From assembly GCA_951406725.2 (NCBI GenBank), contig OX597830.1:50282001-50346000 (forward strand): a stretch of 64,000 nt of DNA, read 5' to 3'. The stretch comes from Octopus vulgaris. Its lineage: Eukaryota. Shown here piece by piece: positions 50,351 to 64,000 of the stretch (the stretch's first letter is position 1; each line of letters starts with the position of its first letter). The notes beneath the pieces are model-generated. The model saw nothing but the letters and a program-made list of their open reading frames with translations, was not told the origin of the DNA and searched no databases. Both the position numbers and the translations under genes were made by a program.

Positions 50351-52069
50351 TGGTGAGAAAAAAAAAAACGATCAGAGGTTTGTTACGTGTTGAACTTCAG
50401 ACCACGAATCAGTCGAGCGGGGAGGCTTTCTTAGGATGTGATTGAGGGTGTTAAAAGAAGCGTGCAAAAGTTCGCTGCAATGCTTTATCTAAGGATAGGA
50501 TACATTTCACAATGCGGTCCTCGATATGGAATCAAAAAATTCAGGCAGTTACGGCTGAAACAGCTTTATCTGCTCTTTCAAGGCCGACCTACGACTAAAT
50601 AACAATCAAATTTAATCAAGTTTACATTCCAGAAGAAACAGGGAGTCCTGTCACTTGATAAACGAGGGGATTGTCCTTGTGATGTTCATGCTTTTTCCGG
50701 TCGGTATATAATGACCTGGGTGAAAGTGATTTATCTTATCTGAGAATCGAAACCGAGCTCGGTCCACCTGGAAATCCCGCCTGAAGTGGCGAGTTTGGCA
50801 GTCGTTAGAATGAATGAATGAATGAATACCTGGCAGTAATCGATCGAATTCCTCCTGGGTCGACTTTTGCTTTTTATATTTCAGCGGTTGATAAATATAG
50901 TGTCAGTTTAGTACTAGGATCCTCTCTCTCTCTCTGTAACGACTGTACCTGTGATTTAAAAGTTCAACTTTGTCGCAGTGTATCTCGACGAATCTGTTTG
51001 AGAATTTACATTCTAGGTATGTGTGACAGTAGAAAACTCAGTCATTTACACGTTGACTTTACCGTCGAAACCAACGGAGGATCCAACACTTCCTCATTTT
51101 AAAGTGGAAGCAATATGGCTAAGGATGGGAAACTACTTCTGAAAAAGGCGGACAGTGTGTCTTGCAGGGCCGTCCTTTCACCCTAAATTTATCTAACCCA
51201 GACAGGGAGTACGTGGTAATAATGGAACTAGCGCTCTGTAAGAAATTACTGGTATCAAGGACAGAAACATGAAAGGTGACGGGATCTGGGGCTGAATGTT
51301 CTGATAATTCTATCAATCAGATAAAAAGTAAATCTTGGTCAATAGCAGGATTCGAACCCGGTAACGTGGAAGGACCAGATTCCCAAATATCTTTATCACC
51401 GTGTAAACATTAAACGCTCAAACACACACACACACAAATACACGCACATATACAGATACACACACAAGCACACACACACACACACAAACGCGCATTGACG
51501 CACACATATTTCTGCACGCATACAATGTTACGCACCAAGAAGCACAAGCGCATTTCTAGATATGTAAATGCATACATGAATATGTATTTATATACACATG
51601 TATAAACACGCACAGATGTAAATCTCCACACCAATACATACCACACACACACACACGTGTGTGTGTGGGTGTGTATATATATATATAAATATATATATAT
51701 GAGTCTTTAAAGAAATAAACAGAATATCAAAGAGACAACAACCGAAACTAAATTATGCCGATAATTCTTTGAGGTTTTTTTTTTCATGCTTTCTTCTCTC
51801 AGACTTTTGTTCAAAATACCATTTTTTTCCTTTCCTTTTCATTAATAAGATATTAAATATTCAAACAGAACAGGAAAACCGCGCCAAAACAACTTCACAT
51901 ACACACACAAATGTGGGCGCGTGTGTATATAACCATAAAAATACACATGCATCAATGTATACTCTATATTTAATTTATATAAATTACTGTACGCACATAC
52001 ATAGTCCTATATATAAATATATACACAGTACATGTGAGCAATATACATACAAATACACGCGCATACACA

Positions 52070-52108
<39 letters not shown>

Positions 52109-52490
52109 TAGAGATAAAACCACTATGATGCAACTCAAACAGTGATAGACATAAGTATTATATATATATATATATATATACATACATACACATGCGTATA
52201 TGTTGTATATACAAGTTGCGTACAATATGCATGTCTGTGTACGACACACGTGTACTTTATACATACACATATAATATGCATTCATGTGTAGTATATACAC
52301 CTACACATACGTAAAGAGATGCATAATACATATATATACGCACACCCACACACGTGTGTGTATATAAATACACGTACTCGCATGAGTACCAGATATACAC
52401 ACAAGTACACGTGCGAGTGTGCACATAACACATATGTGAAATATACGGCACGCCGTAAACAATATAAACACACCACATAGGTACATATAT

Positions 52491-52529
<39 letters not shown>

Positions 52530-52945
52530 GAACAGACCGGTAAATTTATACATACTAACTTTTTATCCGATTGCTTTTTAAAAGGTAAGATCCAACTGTA
52601 TTCCACGATAAAATTCCATCGAAGAAAATTTAAATATTCCGCACGTTGAAATGGTAAAAATTTCGAAATATGCCAACAGAAAGCTGTAAACACTATTATA
52701 TATATGTGTGTGAGTGTGTGTGTGTGCCTGTGTGTGTGTGTGTCTGCTTGTGTGTGTGTCTGCTTGTGTGTGTGTTGTGTTTGTTTGTGTATTCCAAAGA
52801 TTTTATATTAAATCTTCCTGATATTCTCTATTTTTTTCCTTATTTTTTCTGCTTTAATATAAATCACCACACACACACACACATAAATATACACGCAGAT
52901 TCACATTCATCAATATATCCACTAATTAATTTAGTTATTAGATGC

Positions 52946-52988
<43 letters not shown>

Positions 52989-53108
52989 ATTATTATTTTG
53001 TTTTGTTTTGTTATCCTTTTTTGCTGGTATATCAATTAGTTTGTTTTTTTGTTTTTTTTTTTCCAGTAAAAAAAACTTTAAACAAGGTTATAATTAATTA
53101 AAGGTTAG

Positions 53109-53345
53109 TTATGAAACGGTTAATTCAGTGTCGGAACTAAAACATTCGTAGCGACCACCACCGCCGTTGCCGACTCCGCCACCACTACCATCATCATCAT
53201 CATCATCATCATCGTCATCGTCATCATCGTCGTAGTCGTCAGCATCATTAGTAACATCGGTGATATCATCAATAATATTGTTATTATTAATCTTGGCATT
53301 ACCATTCTCTTGCAGCAGCCGTCCGCCAGGAACATTGTGAAATAT
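53109..53345 (-). other. Possible terminal coding exon or UTR exon of an unknown gene
   Basis: Poly-T tract plus aag acceptor, then an open frame IFHNVPGGRLLQENGNAKINNNNIIDDITDVTNDADDY(D)nGSGGGVGNGGGGRYECFSSDTELTVS*. A perfect gtgagt donor lies 51 nt upstream. Low complexity weakens the call. Confidence 0.22.
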
Positions 53346-53889
53346 CTTTGGTTAAAAAAAAAAAAAAACAATAACAAAACAAAACAAATCACTCACTTCT
53401 TTTTAGAATTGACGACTGAAACACAACATCCATCCACCTTTGTTTGTTATTTTACTAACGTTTCGATTTCTTTCTTAAATTCTTCGTCTTCCTCTTCTTT
53501 AATTTCTTCCTTTGATTCCTCTTCCTACCATTATCCTTCTCTTACGTAGGCTAGCTTTCCGGGAGTTTTTTTTTTTTTTGCCGTCCCCACTTTTTCTTCT
53601 TATTCAAGACTCCTTCTTCATTCTAAGGTACACCCTCCAGACACACAAAACTGGCCGGTCTCTTTCAAAGACCCCCCCTTTAATAATAAACCTATTTACG
53701 TATACGTATGAACAGAATATATAATATATATATGTGTATATATGTCTCTATATGTGTATGTATGTGTGTAGGGGAGACAAAGTAAACGGTGCCTCATTGG
53801 TCTTTGACCAGTTATAATCCCTGGACAACTTTTCCCATGCCTTTAACTCTCAACTGACTCCATTATTACTTCTATTTTCACTATATCGC

Positions 53890-55320
53890 CCCCTCCCCCT
53901 CTTTCTCCCTCTTTATCTCTCCCTCTATTGTTTCATTATCTCTCCTTCTCTCTCTCTCTCTCCCTCTTCATTCCTATATCTCTCCATCCCCTATTTATTT
54001 CTTTAATCTTTCCTTTCACTTCCTCTTCACTTCTTTATTTCTCTCCCCCATTCCTTCTTTCACTTCTTTATCTCTGCTTCCTTCCCACTTCTTTACTTCT
54101 CTCACTCCCTTCCTCACCCTCTTTATTTCTTTATTGTTTTTTTTCCTCTCCCCCTCTCCTCGCTTTACTTTTATAGTTCTTCCTCCCTCCCCTCTTATGT
54201 CTACCTCTCCTACACTTCCCTCTTTATGTATTTCCCCTTTCCCCCTCTCTCTATCTCTCTCTTTCTTTCTCCCTTCTCTCTAGTTTTTTCTGTATTTCTC
54301 ACCATCCCTTTCTATTTCATTAATTTCTTACTCCCTCCGTCTCCTCCCTTCTTTAATTCGTTACTCCCTCTCTCCCTTTCACTTTTTATTGCTTTCTATT
54401 TTCTCTACGCTCTTTCTTTTCTTTCTTTCTCTCCAATATTCTATCCTTTCTTTTTCTCTCATACACCATCTCTCACTCTTTCTTTTTCTCACTATTTTCT
54501 CTCTCTCTCTCTCCCTCATTTATTAGCATTAACTCTCTCTTACATTTCTCACTATCTCTTTCACACTATCTCCTTCACACTATCTCTCTCTTTCTTTCAC
54601 ACTATCTGCTTTCTCTTTCTCTTTCCCTAACTATATATCTTTCTCACTATCTATCTCCCCCCTCTCTCTCTCTCTCTCAATAACATATAATTCTCACTCT
54701 CTCACTCATTCAACGGTCCCCCTCACTAGCTTCGCTTCTCACTCCTTTCTTCTTCATCAATTCTAACTTTCTTTCACTAGTTTCTTCTTTCTCTTTCGCT
54801 CATAAATACATCACTTCCACAAATTATCCCCCCACCATCTCTCTATTTCACCATGTTCACTCTATATTTCTCCCTCTCTCTCTCGGTCTCTCTCTCTCTC
54901 TCATCATGTCTTTCTTTTTCTTTCTACATTTATCAGGTTTTCCCTCTCTCTCACTTTATCTTTATCTCTATAATACTTCTCTCTCATCCAGTCTTTCCTC
55001 TCTCTCCTCCACCTTTCATTAGCTTACCTTATTTTTTTTCTTCCTTTCCGCCCTCACTTCCCCATCTCCCTTACAACTTCTTTTCAACATCTCCCTTTTC
55101 TCTCTATTTCTGCACTCCCCACGCTCTTTCTGCCTAGTTAGCCTTTTATACTTCTTCTTCTTCTTCTTCTTCTTGTCCTTTATTAAGTACTTTTATTTCT
55201 TTCACTCTTCCTCCCCAACTTTCTCCTCCTCTGTTTGCTTATCCCCTTCACTAGCTCTTTCTTCAATCTTTCTCTTTATCCCCGCTTCCTTCGCATTTAT
55301 AGCCTATTTCTCTCTTTCTT
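53890..55320. repeat. ~1.4-kb CT-rich polypyrimidine tract
   Basis: Strong pyrimidine skew, almost no G on the plus strand. Confidence 0.92.
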
Positions 55321-55370
55321 TCTCAACACTGTTATTAACTGCAAGAAAGACAATAGTCACACAACAGCAA

Positions 55371-55456
<86 letters not shown>

Positions 55457-55507
55457 ATATCTATCTATCTATTTGCCTGAGCATATGTATGTGTATATGT
55501 CTATATA

Positions 55508-55800
55508 TGGAGGTACAATGGCCCAGTGGTTAGGGCAGCGGACTTGCGCTTGTAGAATCGCGGTTTCGATTCCCAGACCGGACATTGTGAGTGTTTGAGC
55601 GAAAACACCTAAAGCTCCACGAGGCTCCTGCAGGGGCTTGGGGTGGTGATCCCCGTTGTACTCTTTCGCCACAACTTTCTCTCACTCTTTCTTCTGTTGG
55701 CCTGCTCGCTTTTGAAGGCTAAAACAATGCGAAGTGCATTGTGACCAGCGATGTGTAGCAACATCTGATAGCCTGGTCGGTCACGGTGATCACGGTGATA
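55508..55800 (+). mobile_element. SINE family D with a distinct 3' tail
   Basis: Same head as 18356-18719 and 37895-38120; tail ...ggtcggtcacggtgatcacggtgata. Confidence 0.88.
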
Positions 55801-56199
55801 TGTCTATATATATATATATACAGACAGACAAATTGATAGATAGATGGACAGACAGACAGACAGGTAGACAAACAGATAGATAGATAGATAGATAGGTAGA
55901 TAGGTAGATTGATAGATAGGTAGGTAGATAGATAGATAGACAGGCATGTAAAAACCATGGAAGCATTACAAAGAGGAAAGAAAGAGAGTACTCAATAATG
56001 AGAGTAGAATAATATATTTGATTTAATACGGGAAAATTAAAACTCGCTACTCCGAGTTTATCGTTGCCGATTTCAGATGATCCTGCTCATCTCGTCATTA
56101 TTGACAAACTGGGAGTATCGATTTGTACAAATTACGCGTACACATATAACTACATACATACATATATATACATACGTACAAAAACACACACATGCGCAC

Positions 56200-56235
<36 letters not shown>

Positions 56236-56340
56236 GTTTATTAATATATAGTAGAAGCAACAGAGAGAGACTCACGGGCCGAGAGTTCCATGAGTTGGCA
56301 CTAACCAAACATATCAAAACCTATGTGACCCAGCACGTAG

Positions 56341-56427
56341 CCTACTCTGATGAGATTCGACTTTTAAATGGTTTTAATTATGGTAATTAATATATAAAGG
56401 TCTGGAATGGAAACAGCTGTCAGAGAT
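56341..56427 (+). ncRNA. Type I hammerhead ribozyme with long stem II
   Basis: CTGATGA-G-ATTC GACTTT...AAAGGTC TG GAAT-G-GAAA-CAGCTG-TC^AGAG. Palindromic stem III ACAGCTGT and GUC triplet; stem I weak. Confidence 0.75.
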
Positions 56428-56628
56428 GATATCTAATTTTTTAATTAATAAATAATTATTAATTATCTCTCTATTTTCTTATCTTTTTAAAATATATATA
56501 AACCACGGTTTATCTAGTTACCTTACAGTTGAATATTAATTGCAATATACAACACTTTTTAAATAGATAATTAACCAGTATTTTCATTGGATCTTGTTCC
56601 TTATTGAGGTTTGTAACCTTTATTTGAA

Positions 56629-56701
<73 letters not shown>

Positions 56702-56702
<1 letters not shown>

Positions 56703-56897
56703 ACGGGAAGCTTTATGAAAATAGACAAAAGACGAAGGCAGGTGGAATACAAACAAACAATTGTATTAGTATGGCGCTCAGGAATATCAATAAAACAAGT
56801 CTTTTACGTTTCGAGCCTACGCTCTTCAACAGAAAGATACACAGAAAAGAAACACAGAAAGAAACAAGGAGAGAAAAAAATGCGTGCAGAGGCTCAA

Positions 56898-56900
<3 letters not shown>
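56702..56900 (-). mobile_element. ~200-bp HHR-like element within (TA)n
   Basis: Paralog of 34237-34440. Motif at 56800-56837: TCTTT-CTGTTGA-A-GAGC(GTAG)GCTC-GAAA-CG-TA-AAAGA. Confidence 0.8.
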
Positions 56901-56937
<37 letters not shown>

Positions 56938-56949
56938 TTTACTCTCTCT

Positions 56950-57322
56950 CTTTTTACTCTTTTACTTGTTTCAGTCATTTGACTGTGACCATGCTGGAGC
57001 ATCGCCTTTAGTCAAGCAAATCGACCCCCAGGACTTATTCTTTGTGAGCCTAGTACTTATTCTATCGGTTTCTTTTGCCGAACCGGTAAGTTACGGAGAC
57101 GTAAACACACTAGCATCGGTTGTCAAGCGATGTTAGGGAGACAAACACACACATATACATACATATATACGACGGGCTTCTTTCAGTTTCCGTCTACCAA
57201 ATCCACTCACAAGGCTTTGGTCGGCCCGTGGCTATAGTAGAAGACACTTGTCCAAGATGCCATGCAGTGGGACTGAACCCGGAATCATGTGGTTCATAAG
57301 CAAGCTACTTACCACACAGCCG
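56950..57322 (-). mobile_element. SINE family B
   Basis: Consensus match. Confidence 0.92.
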
Positions 57323-57558
57323 GAGAGAGAAAGAGAGGCAGACGGACAGACAGATTATAGATATATTAAAGAAATACCTTGAGTGATCTTAAACCCAACA
57401 GTCTGTGATTACACTTTATTTCTGTGTTGAGTACGTTTATCTCTCTTCTGAATTTTAATATATAAGTATGAATGTGTATGTGTATTTTTGAGCGAGTGTG
57501 TGTATGTGTATAAGAGAGGTGAAAGTAAGAGTGCGTTTGCTTGTATGTATGTATGTAT

Positions 57559-57884
57559 GGACTCATGAGTCATCTTCGTAGTCATAAAACGAGACAGATG
57601 AGTCACAACCTGGCCACTGGTGGTGGTGTAACACACCATACTAATCATATCTGTCGGGCATGTGGAAGAGAGTGTAATTCGGCAGGAGGACTTAAACGAC
57701 ATGCAAAGGTACATGAAGCCCAGTTACAACTACAACCGGCTATTACTGGTAAAGGTTTTAGCTGCCAATTCTGTACAAGACATTGTAGATCTTTAGCTGG
57801 GCTAAAATGTCACATTCGATCACAGCACCAATAACAGTTAAGCTTCGTGCAATGGCCATACTCGATAACGAGGGGGCAGCCATA
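57559..57884 (+). mobile_element. RTE LINE 3' end encoding tandem C2H2 fingers
   Basis: GLMSHLRSH...CRACGRECNSAGGLKRHAKVH...CQFCTRHCRSLAGLKCHIRSQH*, then an RTE-type tail ggccatactcgataacgagggggcagccata and an A-run. Confidence 0.78.
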
Positions 57885-58214
57885 AAAAAAAATGTATTTG
57901 TATGTATGTATGTATGTATGTATGCATGTAGGCAGGTATGTGTATCTGCATACACACACATACACACATTTTCTTTTGCCTTTCCCTTCTCTTTTGTGCC
58001 CATTCCGGGGATGAATGTGTCAGTTGAACATATTGGAATCGAACCCTGTATATTTTTACGCCGGTACTTTGTCACTCTGCACTCCTTTTTTACTCAGCCG
58101 ATAACTTATACTGGCATTATCCAACAACCAACACCAGTTAACTCGCAATAAAAGACAAGCGACACGTAATGTGTGTGTGTGTGTGTGTGTATCTGTCTGT
58201 CTGTCTGTCTGTCG

Positions 58215-59865
<1,651 letters not shown>

Positions 59866-60139
59866 CTTCCAATTTCTTGCAGGGTATTTAACTATCGGTT
59901 AGTACCAGCTGTCTACTGGGACTAGTCGTTTTCCCTCAGGCGATCATTACGATATTCTGCTTTGTCAAGAGTGAAAAGGTTGAAGCAGATGGATGGTCCA
60001 TGTTTGCGTGCTGCGATTCACAGGCAACTAAAACAATAAGCGAAAGCATGGTACATATTGAAATTCCAGGGGCACTCGTGGGTGAACAGTATGGATTAAA
60101 CACGCCGAAGCGCAGATACGTAGTCTCAAATGTTTACGC

Positions 60140-60456
60140 GTATACATACATACATACATACATTCAGACATACATACATACATACATACATACATACATA
60201 CATACATACATTCAGACATACATACATACATACATACATACATACATACATACATGCATACATGCATACGTACATACATACGTACATGGATAAATGCAAT
60301 CATACATATGTACAGAGGTGCATACAAAATATGCATATACACTGTCGTACATAAAACTACAGAAAATACAATATGTATGTATGTATGTATGTGTGTGTGT
60401 GTATGTATGTATGTGTGTATGTATGTATGTATGTATGTATGTATGTATGTGTGTGT

Positions 60457-60504
<48 letters not shown>

Positions 60505-60606
60505 ACATATGTAAGCAAAGATAAACCAACATGCAGATTCAATAGATAGATAGACTGATCGATCGATCGATAGATAAATAGATAGATAGACGATAAACTG
60601 ACTGAC

Positions 60607-60640
<34 letters not shown>

Positions 60641-60669
60641 CCGGATGGATGGATAGCTAGATAGCTAGC

Positions 60670-60724
<55 letters not shown>

Positions 60725-60749
60725 CCGGATGGATGGATAGCTAGATAGC

Positions 60750-60804
<55 letters not shown>

Positions 60805-60821
60805 CCGGATAGATAGATAGC

Positions 60822-60872
<51 letters not shown>
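60140..60872. repeat. (CATA)n, (TATG/TG)n and (GATA)n microsatellites
   Basis: Consecutive simple repeats. Confidence 0.95.
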
Positions 60873-60873
<1 letters not shown>

Positions 60874-61360
60874 GACGTGTGTGTATATTTCTTCAACCAT
60901 TTAGCTTTTTAATAAATACACAGTGATACTTAGGCACATGGAAAAGAAAATAAGCACACACACATGCACACACAGGGTTGCATGCGTGAATGTCTACGTG
61001 TGTGTGTGTGTGTGAGTGTGTGTGTGAGTGATTGTGTGAATGAGGGTGTGTGTGTTGCTTTAATATGTGATTAACTGTACTGCCGTATATACACCTGTCT
61101 CACTCCTCGCATAGCAACGTTTCTGTTGTATGAGTGTGTGTGTGTGTACGTGTTTCTCAGTGAATGTGTGTGCGCGTGTGTGTTTTTTCAATGAGTCTCT
61201 AAAGAGAGAGAGAGAGAGATAGAGAGAGATGGACAGAGAGAGGGAGAGAAAGAAAGGCTGTTGGTGTCTGCATCTGTCTGTCTTTGGTGTGTGTCTGTGT
61301 GTTTGAGTATGTGTCTGTAAAGGTTTGTGTGTGTGTGTGTCTGTATATATATATATACAT

Positions 61361-61429
<69 letters not shown>

Positions 61430-61435
61430 GTATAC

Positions 61436-61467
<32 letters not shown>

Positions 61468-61539
61468 ATATTAGTGTGTCTATATGTAGGTCTGAACACA
61501 TGCGATCATATATAAAACTGCACACGCGTGCATGACAGG

Positions 61540-62250
61540 ATAATTGTTGTGGTGTAGCTGGCGAGGTGATGGCGGAGTAGTGCTGTAGTGATGGCGGCGG
61601 CGGCGGCGGTGGTGGTGGTGGTGGTGGTGGTGGGCGTGGTGGTGCAGATGGAAGGGATGGTGATTTCAATTCGCTTATTCTCGTAGTGATTGTTTTTGTT
61701 TCGTGGTTGTTGTGGTGGCGGTGGAGGTAGTGGTGTGGTGGTGGTGGTGGTGGAGGTTATCACGAAGTGGGGTAAACGTGGTAGTAGTGTGAGTTGAAGA
61801 AACTGAAGAAGGTGGTGGTTGAGGACGTAGAGTGTTGTGTAACAGAGTTGGCGGCCGGGGAGGGGGAGCAGGGGGAAAGGCGACGGACTTGGGAAGTAAA
61901 GAGATATAAAGAGATGTACGGTGAAAGTGGTGATGGTGGTGGTGGTGGCGGCGGTGGTGATGGAGTAAGGTAATGGTGGTGATGGAGTAAGGTAATGGTG
62001 GTGGTGGTGGTGATGGAACATGGCGGTAGTGGTGGTGGTGGTGGTGGTGGTGGTGGCGGTGTAGCCGAGGTAGGAGTACGTTGCAACTACGCAAGAAATC
62101 AGTCAAAAAGACAGGAGTGGAAGGAGAAGGGGGAAAAAAAGCGGAAGTGTTACTGGGACGTCAAGTGTTAAGAAGAAGGGGTGATGACATAGAAGTAGGG
62201 GGGGGACAACGAATGGTAGTGCGAGTGAGTGACGTAAGACGTCGGTAGAT
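61540..62250. promoter_or_regulatory. GC/CpG-rich (GGT)n region with CRE-like and ETS-like motifs; possible promoter or 5'UTR
   Basis: CpG-rich. Motifs GCGGAAGT (~62141), GACGTCA (~62157) and TGACGTAAGACGTC (~62230). Function is inferred only. Confidence 0.25.
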
Positions 62251-62364
62251 TGAGAGGGTGTTTGATAGAGAGAGAGAGAGACATAGAGAGAGAGAGAAAG
62301 ATACGGGCAGGCAGACAGTCTGACAGAGAGCCTGACAGACACACACATACACATATATATATAT

Positions 62365-62641
<277 letters not shown>

Positions 62642-62970
62642 TGTGCATGTATGAAGACAGAGACAGACGTGATAAACTGAGAGGTAAAAATGTGGTAGTG
62701 AGTGGAGAGATGATGGGAGAAGAAAATGATAAAGAATGATGTGTGTGTGTTAGCAGGATGGAGAGGGCGTGACTTGGATTCAGTTTAAGAGACACAACCA
62801 ATCCAACTAAATTTAAAACTCACTGTATAATAAATTTTTAACAGATATTTAATTTACACATGGATTGAATCCTTTATTCAATGTTCGGCAGTTCCATCTA
62901 AAAACGGATCTAAAAAACGCGTATTTATAACTAACACAAAAGTACACAAATAAATGTGTATGTACGTGTA

Positions 62971-63011
<41 letters not shown>

Positions 63012-63057
63012 AAGAGAGAGAGAGATAGATAGATAGAGAGAGAAAAGTGAGAGAGGG

Positions 63058-63106
<49 letters not shown>

Positions 63107-63161
63107 AGAAAGGGACAGAAAGGGTTTGGAGTAATAAGGCTACATTTATATTGGTCACAGA

Positions 63162-63983
63162 TTTTGGCACAGGCCAAGACGTTCGATGAAGGGGTGTTAA
63201 GTCGATTACATCGTCTCCCAGTGTTCAACTGCTGCTTATTTTATCCTCCCTGAAAGGATGAAAGGCAATGTCGACCTCGGCAGGGATTTGAACGCAGAAC
63301 GTAAACGTCGGACGAAATGCCACAAAGCAATTTTCCTGGCGTGCTAACGATTCTTATTTCTTTATTGCCCACAAGGGGCTAAACACAGAAGGGACAAACA
63401 AGGACAGACAAGGGGATTAAGTTGATTACATGGACCTCAGTGCGTAACTGGTACTTATTTAATCGACCCCGAAAGGATGAAAGGCAAAGTCGACCTCGGC
63501 GGAATTTGTACTCAGAACGTAACGGCAGACGAAATACCTATTTCTTTACTACTCACAGGGGCTAAATACAGAGAGGACAAACAAGGACAGACAAACGACC
63601 CCAGTGCGTAACTGGTACTTAATTTATCGACTTCGAAAGGATGAAAAGCAAAGTCGACCTCGGCGGAATTTGAACTCAGAACGTAGCGGCAACAAAAATA
63701 CCGCTAAGCATTTCGCCCAGGTGTGCTAACGTTTCTGCCAGCTCGCCGCCTTATTGCTATATTTATATTGATTTCAAATTTTGGTACAAGGCCAGCAATT
63801 TTAGGGGAGGGGCCAAGTCGGTTACATCGACCTCAGTGTTCAGCTGGTACGTATTTTATTGACGCCAAAAGAATGAAAGGCAAAGTCGACCTCTGCAGAA
63901 TTTGAACTCAGAACGTAAAGACGGACGAATTGTCGACAAGCATTTTACCCGGCATACTAACGCTTCATCAGTTCGTCGACTTA
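63162..63983 (-). mobile_element. Head-to-tail array of four SINE A copies
   Basis: The gaaaggcaaagtcgacctcggcggaatttgaactcagaacgta core recurs at ~63260, 63480, 63645 and 63875. Confidence 0.9.
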
Positions 63984-64000
63984 CGGCCATATTTATATTA

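Noticed and set aside
51330-51410. tRNA gene (minus-strand B-box GGTTCGAATCC)
   Set aside because: No cloverleaf can be formed. It is a decayed SINE head, like the other tRNA-like heads in the window.
57541-57834. Host C2H2 zinc-finger gene
   Set aside because: It starts in a microsatellite, lacks TGEKP linkers and ends in an RTE-type 3' tail.

Overview
AT-rich, repeat-saturated animal genomic DNA, most likely an octopus (inferred from the SINE families and the extreme microsatellite load). It reads as intronic or intergenic sequence, and I cannot confidently call a host protein-coding gene. Almost all ORF-track entries are translated microsatellites or SINEs. Supported content: dozens of copies of at least five tRNA-derived or RTE-tailed SINE families; CR1 and RTE LINE fragments; a mariner and two maT (DD37D) transposon relics; two non-autonomous Helitrons; piggyBac-like and hAT-like MITEs; long foldback elements. 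The main hidden signal is a dense population of type I hammerhead-ribozyme (HHR) motifs (CTGANGA...GAAA...TH, short palindromic stem III). I count about 17, from several sequence families, found by eye. They include near-intact copies, inverted pairs, a ~164-bp tandem array resembling a retrozyme, and a ~200-bp (TA)n-embedded element whose two copies both carry an A6->U core variant. These fit Penelope-like-element pLTRs or retrozymes. CpG content rises visibly beyond ~49.5 kb. All coordinates were read by eye and repeat boundaries are approximate.
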